Assembly: GCA_964016885.1 (NCBI GenBank)
Contig: OZ024747.1
Coordinates: forward strand, 92,814,001-92,878,000
Source of the DNA: Eledone cirrhosa
Lineage: Eukaryota
DNA length: 64,000 nt
Direction of reading: 5' to 3'
Part shown: piece after piece, positions 51,683-64,000 of the stretch
How the letters are laid out: each line of letters starts with the position of its first letter
Position numbering within the stretch: the stretch's first letter is position 1
Position numbers and translations under genes: made by a program
Notes under the pieces: model-generated
Databases searched by the model: none
The model's input: the letters and a program-made list of their open reading frames with translations, nothing else
What the model was told of the DNA's origin: nothing

Positions 51683-52630
51683 AGTTGCATTTATCTTGCT
51701 TTATGTTCATACGAGTTATCACCAAGTCACAACCAGTGACCTCAAGAGACAACAAGGTCCGCCATGTTCAAGAAAGAACATACATATTCACACATGCATC
51801 TTTAGTGTTTAGACTTGTGATGTACTTATATTGACAGAATCTTCCTTAGTATATGGGCAGTTCCCATTAGTACTATCTTTTGTATTTCTCCTATACGCGG
51901 GTTTCCTGGGATTTGCGATAAGTAATCATTAGACCCCTTAGGTATCATTCCCAGAGCGCCTACAACCACTGGTATTGTTTTAGTTCTCAATTTCCACATT
52001 TTTCCAATTTCTATCTCCAGGTCCTTATACTTGCTCAATTTTTCAAATGTTTTTATAGATACATTCTTGTCTATTGGAACAGACATATCAATTAGCAGGC
52101 ATACCCTCTTTTGAGTCTTTCAATATTATATCAGGTCTGTTTGCATCTATTTTTCGGTCTGTTTGGATGCTAAAGTTCCACAAGATTGAGATGTGATCTT
52201 TTTCAAGTATGGGAGGTGGTTGATGCTCCCACCAATTCTTTTGATGGGGCAGGTCAAAATGCTTACACATTATCCAATGTATGTATTGTGCAGCTCTGTC
52301 ATGCCTGTTTAGGTATTCGGTTGGAGCTATAGGACTGCACATTGAAATTATATGATCAATGGTCTCTGGTTGTTATTTACATTCACGGCATAATGGGCTG
52401 CACCCATTTTTTATTATGTTGGCTTGGTAATTTTTTGTTGGCAGACACTGATCTTGTGCTTATATAATCAGTCCTTCAGTCTCCGATTTCAGTCCAGAGG
52501 ATGCCAACTGCTGGTGGGTTAAAGTTTTGTCAACATCAGGATTGTTAGCTCGCTCTGGGTATTTTCCATGCAGAGGCTTTTCTTGCCATTTCTTAGCCAG
52601 TTTCTGTAGCAGTTCTTTCTTTGCAGTTAC
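51681..52630 (-). mobile_element. Dong/R4-clade element, copy 2 (more truncated)
   Basis: Near-identical to 49777-50715, with (TAA)n on both sides. Confidence 0.92.
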
Positions 52631-52677
<47 letters not shown>

Positions 52678-52862
52678 CTGAGAAGGTCGTTGGGGGCAGA
52701 GTCATCAAACACTCGTGTCAGAAGTAACAGTTTCCAACTGATCCAGCTGGATCCCCAAATGAGACCAACCAAGCTCATGGATGTTATTCAACCTTGCTCG
52801 GGGTCTACCCCTGGGTCTCTTGTTGGTTTGTTTTGCCCGTAAAATTTGTCCAGCTCTTTCTG
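52631..52862 (-). mobile_element. RTE family 2 3' end with expanded (TAA)n tail
   Basis: AGQILRAKQTNKRPRGRPRAR…; ends TCTCAGGAA(TAA)n. Confidence 0.8.
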
Positions 52863-52887
52863 CCAGGAGTTGTAATGAACAGATATT

Positions 52888-53173
52888 AAGGTTCACTTTG
52901 CCTTTCATCCTTACGGGGTCGATAAAATAAAGTACCAGTAATAGACTGGGATAATTGCTGGCCTTGTGCCAAAAGTAGAAACAATTATTAGGCAGTATCG
53001 GTAGAAGGGCCGAACGCCATGCTTTTCAGCATAGCTACGTCACTTTACATGGTCTGAGTTCAAATTCCGCTGAGGTTAACTTTGCCTTTCATCCTTATGG
53101 GGTCGATAAAATAAAGTACCAGTAATACACTGGCATAATTGCTGGCCTTGTGCCAAAAGTAGAAACAATTATT
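52888..53173 (+). mobile_element. Two tandem family A SINEs (short-tail subtype)
   Basis: The core and the tail GGCCTTGTGCCAAAAGTAGAAACAATTATTA each occur twice. Confidence 0.85.
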
Positions 53174-53953
53174 ACCACAGGAAAAACCAATATAACACTA
53201 TTTTCCTTTTGTTTTGTTTTTGTTTTTTTTTCCCAATCTGACAATTGGATCCTTTGCCTTTTAGTTATATTTAAAATCCAAGTAGATTTCTCTCTGGTCT
53301 TTTTAGACTAAACCTCAGTTGTAGCTATATATTGCAAGGAGCTGCTATCAACAATCTACTGTAAAACAGGTTGTATGTTCATATATCATACTTTGTTTTT
53401 ATATTAATCCTGCCTTGAATGAATCTGTAATAATTTGGTGTCTGTAATTGAGATGGTTAACAGTTCTCATTCGCAGTCTTTTCATGGTTTGCCAGTGAAC
53501 ACACATGATATACTGCATGAACATACTAGCTTAATTGTTATAAATTAATGTTTTGTCTCTTGTCTCTTACTCCACTTGATAGCATTTGACTTATGTCAGA
53601 TGTTGTTGTCCCGGTTGAACCAGCTGTTGGTAAGGCACAAAACTGCCAAAGTCCATCTCAACAGTCGATGACCCTGGAGTTCGGTGTCCTTTGTTTGTAT
53701 ATTTATTTTAAAAAATGATTTTTTAAGGTTTCCCCTTAAAAATTCTTTTTCGTTTTGCTGTGTTTCCATTAGTTTTCTTGTCTTCTCTTTGTTGATTTTT
53801 TTAATTTTATATATATATATGTATGTGTATGTATGTATATCTATACAAGTAAGACACAGTCACCCGATCAATCTTGCCTCAAGTGGGACAATTCTTGTTT
53901 AACCTATGCTAGTGTGGGAGATAGACATTAAACGATGATGATATATATATATG

Positions 53954-54017
<64 letters not shown>

Positions 54018-54151
54018 TATATATATATATTTCATAATCTTCATCATCAACATGATATAAAGTATGGATTGGCATCAAGAAGGGTAAAGAAAACTTGCTA
54101 CATAAAAGTTTCATCTCAACCCATGCAAACATGGAATAAGCAACTGTAAAA

Positions 54152-54655
54152 GGGATGATGATGATGGTGGTGGTGGTGGTGGTGGTGGTGGTGGTGGTGG
54201 TGGTGATGGTGATTGGTGGTGGTGGGGACAATGATGATGACGGTGACAGGTGGCGGTGACGACGATGATGACAGTGGTGGTGGTGATGATGACAGTGGTG
54301 GTGGTGATGATGGTGGTGGTGGTGGTGGTGGTGGTGGTGGTGGTAATGATGGTGGTGGTGGTGGTGACGATGATGACAGTGGTGGTGGTGGTGGTGGTGG
54401 TGGTGGTGGTGATGGTGATGGTGGTGATGGTGATGACAGTGGTGGTGGTGATGGTGGTGATGGTGATGGTGGTGGTGATGGTGGTGGTGGTGGTGGTGGT
54501 GGTGATGATGATGACAGTGGTGGTGGTGGTGGTGGTGGTGGTGATGATGATGACAGTGGTGGTGGTGGTGGTGGTGGTGGTGGTGGTGGTGGTGGTGGTG
54601 GTGGTGGTGATGATGATGACAGTGGTGGTGGTGGTGGTGATGATGATGATTATAA
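54152..54655. repeat. (GGT)n/(GAT)n array with recurring GATGATGACAGT punctuation
   Basis: Read directly. Confidence 0.95.
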
Positions 54656-56624
54656 TGAGAAGGAAGAAGAGGAGGGATGAGAGATGTATGACACCAACGT
54701 TGATGATATAAGTTAGTTTGTTTTATTTTATAATGTTCATTATTATTATACAATATAATAAAATTATGTCAATATTGCTAATTGCCTTCATTGTCTTTCC
54801 AATATTATGACATATTTCTCTCAAGTTTTCATATCATGTTTGCATATTTAACAATTAAACTTAATCTGTTACCCTGTCATATTTCATGCTCTTTCAACAA
54901 TTTAACAGCTTCCTTTTGATGTTAAAGTCTTTTATAGTAAAACGATGAGAGGATTTTCTTTGTAAAAAGAATTGAATTTTGCAAAATATCAATGCAGTAC
55001 CCAACACTGTGAACCTTACTTATTAATGGATATAAAGAGAAACCCCAATGTATACATTAGCTTGATTTTTTGTTGTTTCATGTCTTCATATTTTTTTCCA
55101 GCTTTAACATTTAAAAGAGATATATTGACTGCAGGATGTAGTCAATATATCAAATGTGGCAATACTTAACCAATTTATTATTGATCAACTCATTATTCAA
55201 TATACAAGAAAAGTTAGGACAAAGACAGTTTTGCAAACTTTCTCAACTTATGCCATCATACAAAATATAAATTTAAAATACAAACAATGATGATTTTCCT
55301 TGTTTTGTTTTGTTTTGTTTTGTTTTGTTTTGTTTTGTTTTGTTTGTATCAATTATATTTGCAAAGAATTTCCCTCATAATTATCTTTTTATATGAGCTA
55401 TAAATTTTATATACCCTTACTTATATCAACACGCTTATATCAATGTTTATATATCAATGTACATATATCAACATACTTAAAGCAACATATTTATATTAAT
55501 GTACAAACTTCCAGCCATAGACAAGTTGGATTGCCCCTTCATTAAATTACTCTTACTTTATCTTTGATTGATTCTAGTACAAAAGTTTTAATAAAATTGT
55601 TCTACAATTGTAGTCAAAAGTCATCATTTCAATATGGCTGTCTCAGAGAAGCAAGTTAAAAGAGTTTTGGATAGCATACAAAAATCTGATTTAAAAAATG
55701 TATAAGCATGGTGTATCGAACACTGCATTTACAACAAAGAAAGGAAGATTGAGGCAGATGTCAAATTGAGTGTGTAATAATCCTTATGATTATAGGGTTA
55801 TGGTAGAAACATTTAATATCTATCTCAGAAAATATATGTTTTCCAAACATCACTTGTTATTTTCTATTAGAATAGAATGTATTTTAGTTATGACTGTATC
55901 CTAACAATGCTTATTTTGTGGTTGATTTTCTATTTATACAAAGATATTAATGCATCTGTTTCTTTCTATTTATAGCCAATATATAATTACCTTCACAAAG
56001 CAGCTTCTATAGATTATGATGTCTTAGATTTCTAGTATGTTTCATAAATACTATAGCATTAAGACTTGTTACTGGTACTATAGTATCTAATAAGGTTAGC
56101 CTGGTGTTCCATCAAGGTCTAACTTGATATTCTAATATAAAATTGTGCATTAAGTAGCTGAAGTAAACATTAAATTTATACCTGTACTTATATATTACAA
56201 AGTTTAACTGAGACTGCATAAATGTGTACAGGTATATCTCACCTTATGTTGTTAATTGGTTCCGAAAAACAATGAATGTCAAATTAACCCAACTATAAAT
56301 CATTAATGTGGAGGCACGTGGCCTAGTGGTCAGGGTGTTGGACTTACAATCATAATATCATGGGTTCGATTCCTGTATTGGGTTGCATCTTGTGTTCTTG
56401 AACAGTTAAACAGTTAAACTGTGCGCTATATAAATCTGATATTATGCATTTGATTCAATAATTTTAATAAACTCTTGTGTTCGACAATGTATATTGTATA
56501 TATTACTTTTATGAGTATATTATATGCACTAATGACTTAGCTATGAATGTTATTGCTCTTAATTTAGAAATAAAGTTTAACAGTCCAAAACCAAACACAC
56601 ACACAGACATATACATATATGATG

Positions 56625-56857
56625 AAGGCACATGGGTTGGTGGTTAGAGAATTAGATTCGCAATCATGAGGTTGTGAGTTCAATTCTCAGACCTGGTGAT
56701 GTGTTATATCCTTGAACAAGACACTTTATTTCATGCTGCTCTTTCTGCCCAGAGTTAGTATCAGCAATGGAAAAACCAATGGAAACATTGTTTCTTTTGT
56801 CTGATTTGATTAGGTCCACCCCACTTGGCAAGTGAATGAGGTCTGGGATCTTGTCAA
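56625..56857 (+). mobile_element. SINE family B
   Basis: tRNA-like head and the family 3' segment. Confidence 0.8.
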
Positions 56858-57939
56858 GTGATATATACATTCATATAGATATATATATTGTGGTAAAAAC
56901 CGAGGAGGTAAAATCCATAGTTGGTAGAGTACTCAGTCCCCCAAAGAACAAGTTTGATATAGAGTTAGATCCACAATAAATTAGCAAACCATACTGGATT
57001 ACATGCATTTCACCAAATGGATTTTCAACCCTTGTATCTGTTCTCACTGCAGCCATACATGGGCTGAAAATCTATCCAGTGAAGCATGCATCCTCGAGTA
57101 TGATTTGAGGGATCTGTTCTGTTTCTTTGCAGATGTCAAGCAAGTGCATTAACTACAACTTAAATAAAAGTTGGTAAAACCGGGTGAAGTTCTCTAGAGA
57201 AAGAAAAATGTGAACACAAATACAGATAACCACGACTCTCTCTTGTTCATCATGTGGTTAGCTTTTTGCCTAAACTTTGGCAAAATAACTTCTATAAGTT
57301 AAAAATATGCACCATTATCTTTTTTTTTATAGCTAGCCATTATTTGATTGCACAAATTTGACACTAAATCACAAATTATTCTCTTGACATGAACATTTTC
57401 TACACATATTATCCAATTGACTTTGTAAAACATTAAAATACATATGTATATTTTTTTTAACACTTTTTCTATAATACAAATTATCTAATTGCCTTCTGCA
57501 TATACATTCCATCACATTTATGTAAACTCTGGTTTGGTTGATGCCGTAAATTAAGAGCTATTATATTCTATGTTTGAATTAATTCTGTCTTATCTGAAAT
57601 CTACTTTCACAAACATTGTGCTGTATAATTTTTATCACATGTATTCTACCAACAAGATGTAAAGAGGTCTATTTCCTCTTGGTCTGTAGAAAGTAAAATA
57701 ATATATATATACATAATTAATTATTGTTGTCATCCCTACAAACAACCCTTTTAATTTCCTACAATTTACATTGAAACAGTTTACTTTAAGCTAACAATCT
57801 TTCAAAAATACAAAATGTGCTCACTGTTTCTGGAATACAATTGATTCTTTGATTAAATTGAATAATTTTTTATTATACAACCTATTATTTTTTATTTGTA
57901 TTATGCTAGTATATATATATTTATATATATATATAAAAG

Positions 57940-58213
57940 TCTAAAGTCTGTCTTAAGTCAGAAGGATCATTTGGCCGGTGCTTAGCCCGGTTTCATGGCG
58001 TGAAGCAACTGAGAGTACAAGACTCGCCCCTGGACAGGACACCAGTCCATAGCAGGGTTAGACCCCCAGCTATTGCTGGTACTCATTTTCAGCTGAGTAT
58101 ACTGGAGCAACGTGAAAATGAAGTGTTTGCTCAAGAATACAAGACACAACCCAGGAATCAAACCCATGACATTATGATCACGAGTTCAACACCCTTACCA
58201 CTAGGCCATGTGC

Positions 58214-58215
<2 letters not shown>
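57940..58215 (-). mobile_element. tRNA-derived SINE, head-to-head with the SINE at 58372
   Basis: The reverse complement starts GAGGCACATGGCCTAGTGGTAAGGGTGTTG and includes TTGCTCCAGTATACTCAGCTG. Confidence 0.8.
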
Positions 58216-58245
<30 letters not shown>

Positions 58246-58298
58246 CTCTCTCTTTCTCTATTTCTACTTTTCTCTCTCTCTCTCTCTCTCTCTGTCTC

Positions 58299-58371
<73 letters not shown>

Positions 58372-58373
<2 letters not shown>

Positions 58374-58710
58374 AGGCACATGGCTTAGTGGTTAGAGCAT
58401 TGGCCTTGCAATCGAAAGGTTGTGAGTTCAATTCTCAGACTGGGTGATGATTTGTTTCCTTGAGCAAGACACTTTATTTCACATTGCTCCAGTTTACTCA
58501 GCTGTAGAAATGAGATGATAGGGACTGGGGGTCCTTATCATTCCACTGCAAAGTGGTCGTGGAGGTGCCACGGCAAAAAAGCACCCAGCACTCACTGTAA
58601 ATGAGGTTGGTGTTAGGAAGGGCATCCAGCTGTAGAAATCAAGCCAGAATCAGTTCCCGTCCCACCCTTGCAAGCAGGGAAAAAGCGGACGTAAAATGAA
58701 ATGATGATGA
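58372..58710 (+). mobile_element. tRNA-derived SINE with RTE-type 3' tail
   Basis: A/B boxes, CCTTGAGCAAGACACTT, GGAAGGGCATCCAGCTG and CGGACGTAAAA(TGA)n. Confidence 0.85.
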
Positions 58711-59025
58711 AATGATGTTGAAGTTGTAGTTGCAGTATAGCAGTCACAAAGCATTCAATGGTGCGAAAAGTTAATATATTTTCGTCCAGAGTAAACAGAA
58801 AGTTAAGAAAGAGTGACACCATGACTGGCATGACCCAGTGTAGGTGGCCATAGTTTATATAACTACAACAACAATAAATACAAACAGGTTGTATATATAT
58901 ATAAATATATACATGTGTGTGTGTATGAGTGTATCCCAGATTCAATCAGGGGTAACTACAGTAAGTAAGGTACTCAATACATAGTAGAGTATATACAATT
59001 ATATATATATATATATATATATATA

Positions 59026-59426
<401 letters not shown>

Positions 59427-59496
59427 AAAAAGAGATGAAATCGAAAATGCAACTGGAGTCTTATTTTTTTTTTTAAATATATATATTTATTTGGTT

Positions 59497-59534
59497 CCTT
59501 TACCGGTTTCGCAGTTCTTCTGCTTTTCAAAAGT
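59497..59534 (-). ncRNA. Decayed minimal hammerhead ribozyme (Penelope-type)
   Basis: Minus strand reads CTT-TTGAAAA-GCAG-AAGAA-CTGC-GAAA-CCGG-TA-AAGG, then AATAAA. Two core substitutions. Confidence 0.55.
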
Positions 59535-59818
59535 AGAGTTGAGATGGAGGGTCTGTGGTTTTTCTCACATATATCACCATCATCATCATCATCGTTTAAC
59601 GTGCATGTTCCACGCTTGCATGGGTTTGGACGGGAGTTTTCCCACTTGAGGCAAGAGTGGTTGTCATTGCTCGCATCCTAACACCATTGCTTCCTAACAC
59701 CAACCACATTTACAGTGTGGGGCTGGGAGGTTTTTACTGTGTTGCCTACACAGCCATATATATATATATCTGTGGTTCTCACATATATATATATATATCT
59801 GTGGTTTTTCTCACATAT

Positions 59819-59867
<49 letters not shown>

Positions 59868-60332
59868 TATATATATAATATATATATATATAAATGTCGG
59901 TAGATATATTAATTCTTTATAGTTATATTAATTCTTTATAATTATCTCCAAATTATTTGTTGAGCAAAATTACTACTGTGACTAATAGTAGTGGCTAGGC
60001 TCTGTCTTAATATCACCCCCCACTCCTAGCTGATTAACCTCAGTGTCACGTGATTGATTCTTTTGAATTTGCCACTTGACCAAGTAGGCAGTGAATGTTT
60101 CAATGTCTTGGAATCTAGCCCCGCTCGCTTTTTTCCATCCACTGAATTATTTTTATATAAGTTCCCAGTGTCCCCACACTGCCTGGAAGCTTAGCTGAGA
60201 ATAGACTCCCTGATGACGTAAGGCTTCTCTATAGTTATATTACGTAACTATATTTATCCCCTTACAGAAACTAATTAGTTGGAGTGAAATTTTAGTAAGT
60301 AAGTCAATTTTCATAACTTTCTTATTTACGTC

Positions 60333-60370
<38 letters not shown>

Positions 60371-60385
60371 TATATATATATAATA

Positions 60386-60465
60386 TTGGGTCGTCAAGTA
60401 TGAAATGTGTAGAAATTTGTAAACAACAAAACAAATTTCTACAAATTTCATACTTGACGACCCAA
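60386..60465. mobile_element. 80-bp mariner-type MITE (35-bp TIRs, TA TSD)
   Basis: TA|TTGGGTCGTCAAGTATGAAAT…ATTTCATACTTGACGACCCAA|TA, with one mismatch between the arms. Confidence 0.85.
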
Positions 60466-60813
60466 TATATCATCATCATCATCTTGACCACGCCCCACTC
60501 ATTTTTTACATGGGTTCTATGGTTGGAAGCCTTTCCTAATGAGTCACCCCATGGCATGTGTTGAATCCACTTCATCATAACACTATCTCCACCACCTAAC
60601 AGTGTGGACTGGGTGCCTCTATCATGGTTAGGTGCATCTAACATGGTGTGCATTTCACAAATTATTCATAATATATGCCTTTATATCAATTTACATGACT
60701 ATAAAAGACCACATACCACATGTATTCATTATATGACAGCCATATCTTTTTCTTTCAAGCATAAAATTCAAAACTAAAAATAGATATGCTTTTGTACTTT
60801 ATGACTGTCAGAG

Positions 60814-61063
60814 CAGTAGCGGAGCTAGAAGTTGGAGCTGTCTGCACTGGGTGACACTTTTATGGGGGTGACACTTTTGGGTCTGCTATAGGCTATAAGT
60901 GTTCTTTTAATCCTGCAGCATAATATTATAATTGTACACTGACTAGTTAATATATATATATAACTTTAAGAGTGTCACTGAGCAATATGTATTCTTTGTG
61001 GGGGCCCTAGGGTGGCAAACTGAAGGGCTGCCCCAGGCGGCACACACCCTAGCTATCTCACTG
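60814..61063. mobile_element. hAT-like MITE
   Basis: TIRs CAGTAGCGGAGCTAG and CTAGCTATCTCACTG; TSD TGTCAGAG/AATCAGAG. Confidence 0.7.
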
Positions 61064-62403
61064 AATCAGAGATGTTGATTTAACTACATTTTAAAAAAAT
61101 GAAATCTTTTAGAAGTGCTGATTATTAATTGTTTTCAAATATCTAGTAATTTGTCTTTAACCCATGAATGTGTTTTAAAAGAGTTATTAGAACCCACTTT
61201 TGGTGAGAAATTTAGATCTTGGTTTGGTATGAGAAAAAAACACAATATCCACACATATTTTGTATCAGATCAATTACTTCATCTTGAGACTTCTTTATTC
61301 AGGTTTTTTGTCTTTTCTTCCATGGAACATAGTGTTCAATAGCTTAAGAAACACTTACACACATCTTCCAATATTTCTAATCAAGATATGGTGTTGTTTC
61401 TTATCATTTCTGCACCAGTCTCCACTGATATATTAGCTTATGTTGTTTGCCATTGTTTCAGAATCTGAAAATATTGATGTTCCTATCTTGTTCCTATTTT
61501 TCATTTAATTCATTCAACTGACTGTCACTTTATCCATATATGTCCTTCACTGAATTATGTATGTATTGGACCCAAAACTCCTGGTGGAGTTGTAGGGACA
61601 TCATAGTGACATACAGTGCTTCTTGTGCATTTTAAACTTGGTGGAGCCGTTTCCCTCTCCAGATCGGAACACAGCTGATTTGTTCTTGAGAAAGAAAGAA
61701 AGCATGATAGGAAGTAAGAAAGTGATATTGGTGGAAAAATCAACACCAGTACTGGACTGATACTTTATTTATCGAGCTTGGAAGAATGAAAAATAAAGTT
61801 GACCGTGATTTAAACTTGGAGTGCAGAGAACCAAAACATATACTGCAAAGCATTCTACCCAACATTCTAATGGCTCTCAATTTGCTGCCTATCTTGACTG
61901 GATATTTCTCAATAAATCTTCAATCATATGCTGAAATTTCATTTGTGATATCAAAATTAAGCTTTATAAATTGATACAACTTCATGTTTCTTTCAAATAC
62001 TGCATTAAATGATTTTCTTCAGGCACCAAAGCCTAGTAGTAAACATTCTTCTCCAGATCTAGAATACTAAAATATTCAAACTTAGCTAAATTTAGAATTA
62101 TATGATCAATTTTATATAGTCCAACACAAACACACTTGATAAGACAACACTAGATGTTATTTTGAAGTGGAGATTCTGTACACTTCAATAGCTGCTCTAT
62201 TATGCTTTTAGTAGAAAACACACACACATATTTGCTTGAATGAATTGGAAATAATGAAAATTATATTCAGTTACTATTTATTTTTATAGTGTCTTTTAAT
62301 TAGAAAACCTTTCTTCTCCAAAGTGATATACTTGTTATATAATATCTTTGTTCAGTAGTTCAGTTTATGTTGCATAGAAATACGATTCTATTATATACCC
62401 ATA

Positions 62404-62577
62404 TATTGGTTTCTGATTTAGGCACAAGGCCAGAAATTTTGGGAGAGGGGAAAGTTGATTGAATCGACCCCAGCGCACAACTGGTACTTTATTTTATCAA
62501 CCCTGTGAGGATGAAAAGCAAAGCTAACCTCAGTGGGATTTGAACTCAGACTGTAAAGAACCGTAACTATATGCCAT
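62404..62577 (-). mobile_element. SINE family A; an opposite-strand copy lies at ~62755-62938
   Basis: Core and tail matches. Confidence 0.8.
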
Positions 62578-62612
62578 ATTTACCCATATAATATACTTCT
62601 AGACTCACTGTG

Positions 62613-63206
62613 AACATGTTGCAATTACCTCAGCATCCAGGATAAGAGTCGTGGATGAATTCACTGCCTTTACAGATCTTCAGAATGCACTCACACCAGA
62701 ATGCACTCACACCTGGATGCTGAGGAATAGATGGCAATATTTTCTTGACGGAAAACATGGTTTATGGCATAGAGATACAGCCTTTTATGATCTGAGTTCA
62801 AATCCTGCCGCGGTTACCTTTGTTTTTCATCCTTATTGGGTCGATAACATAATGTACCAGTAATGCACTGGGATCGATTTAATTGACTTTCTCCTCACAC
62901 AAAATTGTTGGCCTTGTGCTTAAATCAGAAACCAATATTTTGTTATAGGATTTAGTAAATAAATTATTCTTGTTGAAAGATTATTTACATATAGCTCATA
63001 GTTGATTAGCTCCTATTAATTAACAACACTAACACAGTGTGATTGAGAATAAATGTGTGAGAGAATCCATATACAGTATGTTTATGTATAATAAGCATAC
63101 ATCTAATCTTGCTGTAAATATTTAAACTGCAAACATATTGCAACTACCTCAGCAGTCAGGCTAAGAGTATCAGATACATTTCACTGTCTTAACGGCCCTT
63201 CAGCAC
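62613..63206 (-). mobile_element. Two diverged Penelope-like pseudo-LTR remnants (62613-62685 and 63132-63206) with decayed hammerheads
   Basis: Shared AACAT(G/A)TTGCAA(T/C)TACCTCAGCA…CTTCAG. The minus strands read CTGAAGA/CTGAAGG-stem-GAAT/GAAA. Confidence 0.55.
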
Positions 63207-64000
63207 AATTAGATGAGTGGTCCCTTTTGCTTTTTTATATATTTAATTAGCCTGAATAAGACAAGAAATCTTTTGAACTTTTAAACAATGTTCCTTTTGT
63301 GCAAACCAATTTTGGTTTTATATGTTTATGTAATATTTTTCCAGCCAAAACTAATGTAGTGTTAGTATTTCAGTCTCCATTATAATGTTCTCCACATATG
63401 TTTTGATGTTAGATCGGATTTACACATGGTATTGTAGATGAGTCAACACAATATTATTTCATCTTTCATCTATAATACATAAGCATTGTTGAACCAACGA
63501 GGTTTTCTTCATAGTTGCTCAACTTGCTAGATATATTGTTTAAAAAAGGGAAAGATGCATTGATTAATGTAGTATAGTGTATAGTATTTATGAAAACATT
63601 ACTGGGTGGTCATGGATTGAATGGTTTTAATCATGGATCTATCCAACCAAAGCTGACTTGAGGCTAAATTGTTGCAATAACTTTGATATTGATCTTATAC
63701 TTTCAATTTCTTTCATTGATTTTCCAGTTTATGTAAGAGAAATAATCATAATTTTGTATTCATCACAAGTTTGTATACTCCATTACACCAAAGATGACTC
63801 ATAAGAATTATCAAATATTTAATTAACAATAATCTTTCTTCTATATGAGAAACACAAACAGTATACTCTAGAATGTTCCAAAAATTTATAGAAGTACCTT
63901 TTTAAATTTATTCATTAGAAACGCTAGGTCTAAAATTTCATGAAAAATAAAATATCTTAGAATTTTTTTAAATGTTTAAAATTAAATGTATTATTAAAAG

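Noticed and set aside
53899-54753. 284-aa His-rich ORF and the overlapping Gly/Val-rich ORFs
   Set aside because: These are translations of a (GGT/GAT)n microsatellite that grows out of a SINE tail. They are open in several frames and show no gene structure.
58372-58445. tRNA gene candidates (also 21008, 49366, 56310 and 56625)
   Set aside because: A/B boxes are present but the cloverleaf is degenerate and each runs into a SINE body.

Overview
AT-rich, microsatellite-dense eukaryotic non-coding DNA (intron or intergenic). The repeat families (tRNA-derived SINEs with a Nin/Deu-like core or an RTE-type (GAT)n tail, RTE, CR1, Dong/R4 and Penelope elements, and long (TA)n/(CA)n tracts) suggest a coleoid cephalopod, probably Octopus. 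That assignment is inference. I found no host protein-coding exon I can support: every informative ORF belongs to a broken retroelement and most of the ORF track is microsatellite artefact. Main content: a Tx1-like 3' end, an RNase H-bearing I-group LINE with an ~85-90 bp flanking duplication, a CR1 ORF2, two Dong/R4 copies in (TAA)n, RTE and Penelope fragments, piggyBac/hAT/mariner-type MITEs and many SINEs. The most notable signals: (1) a core-intact type I hammerhead ribozyme inside a perfect 57-bp palindrome at 17768-17892, plus several decayed hammerheads in Penelope-type pseudo-LTR remnants; (2) a ~565-bp near-identical inverted duplication of unique DNA; (3) a (TAA)n tail used as a landing pad by three further retroelement insertions; (4) recurrent (TA)n-centred fold-back duplications. 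All coordinates were read by eye and may be off by a few bases.
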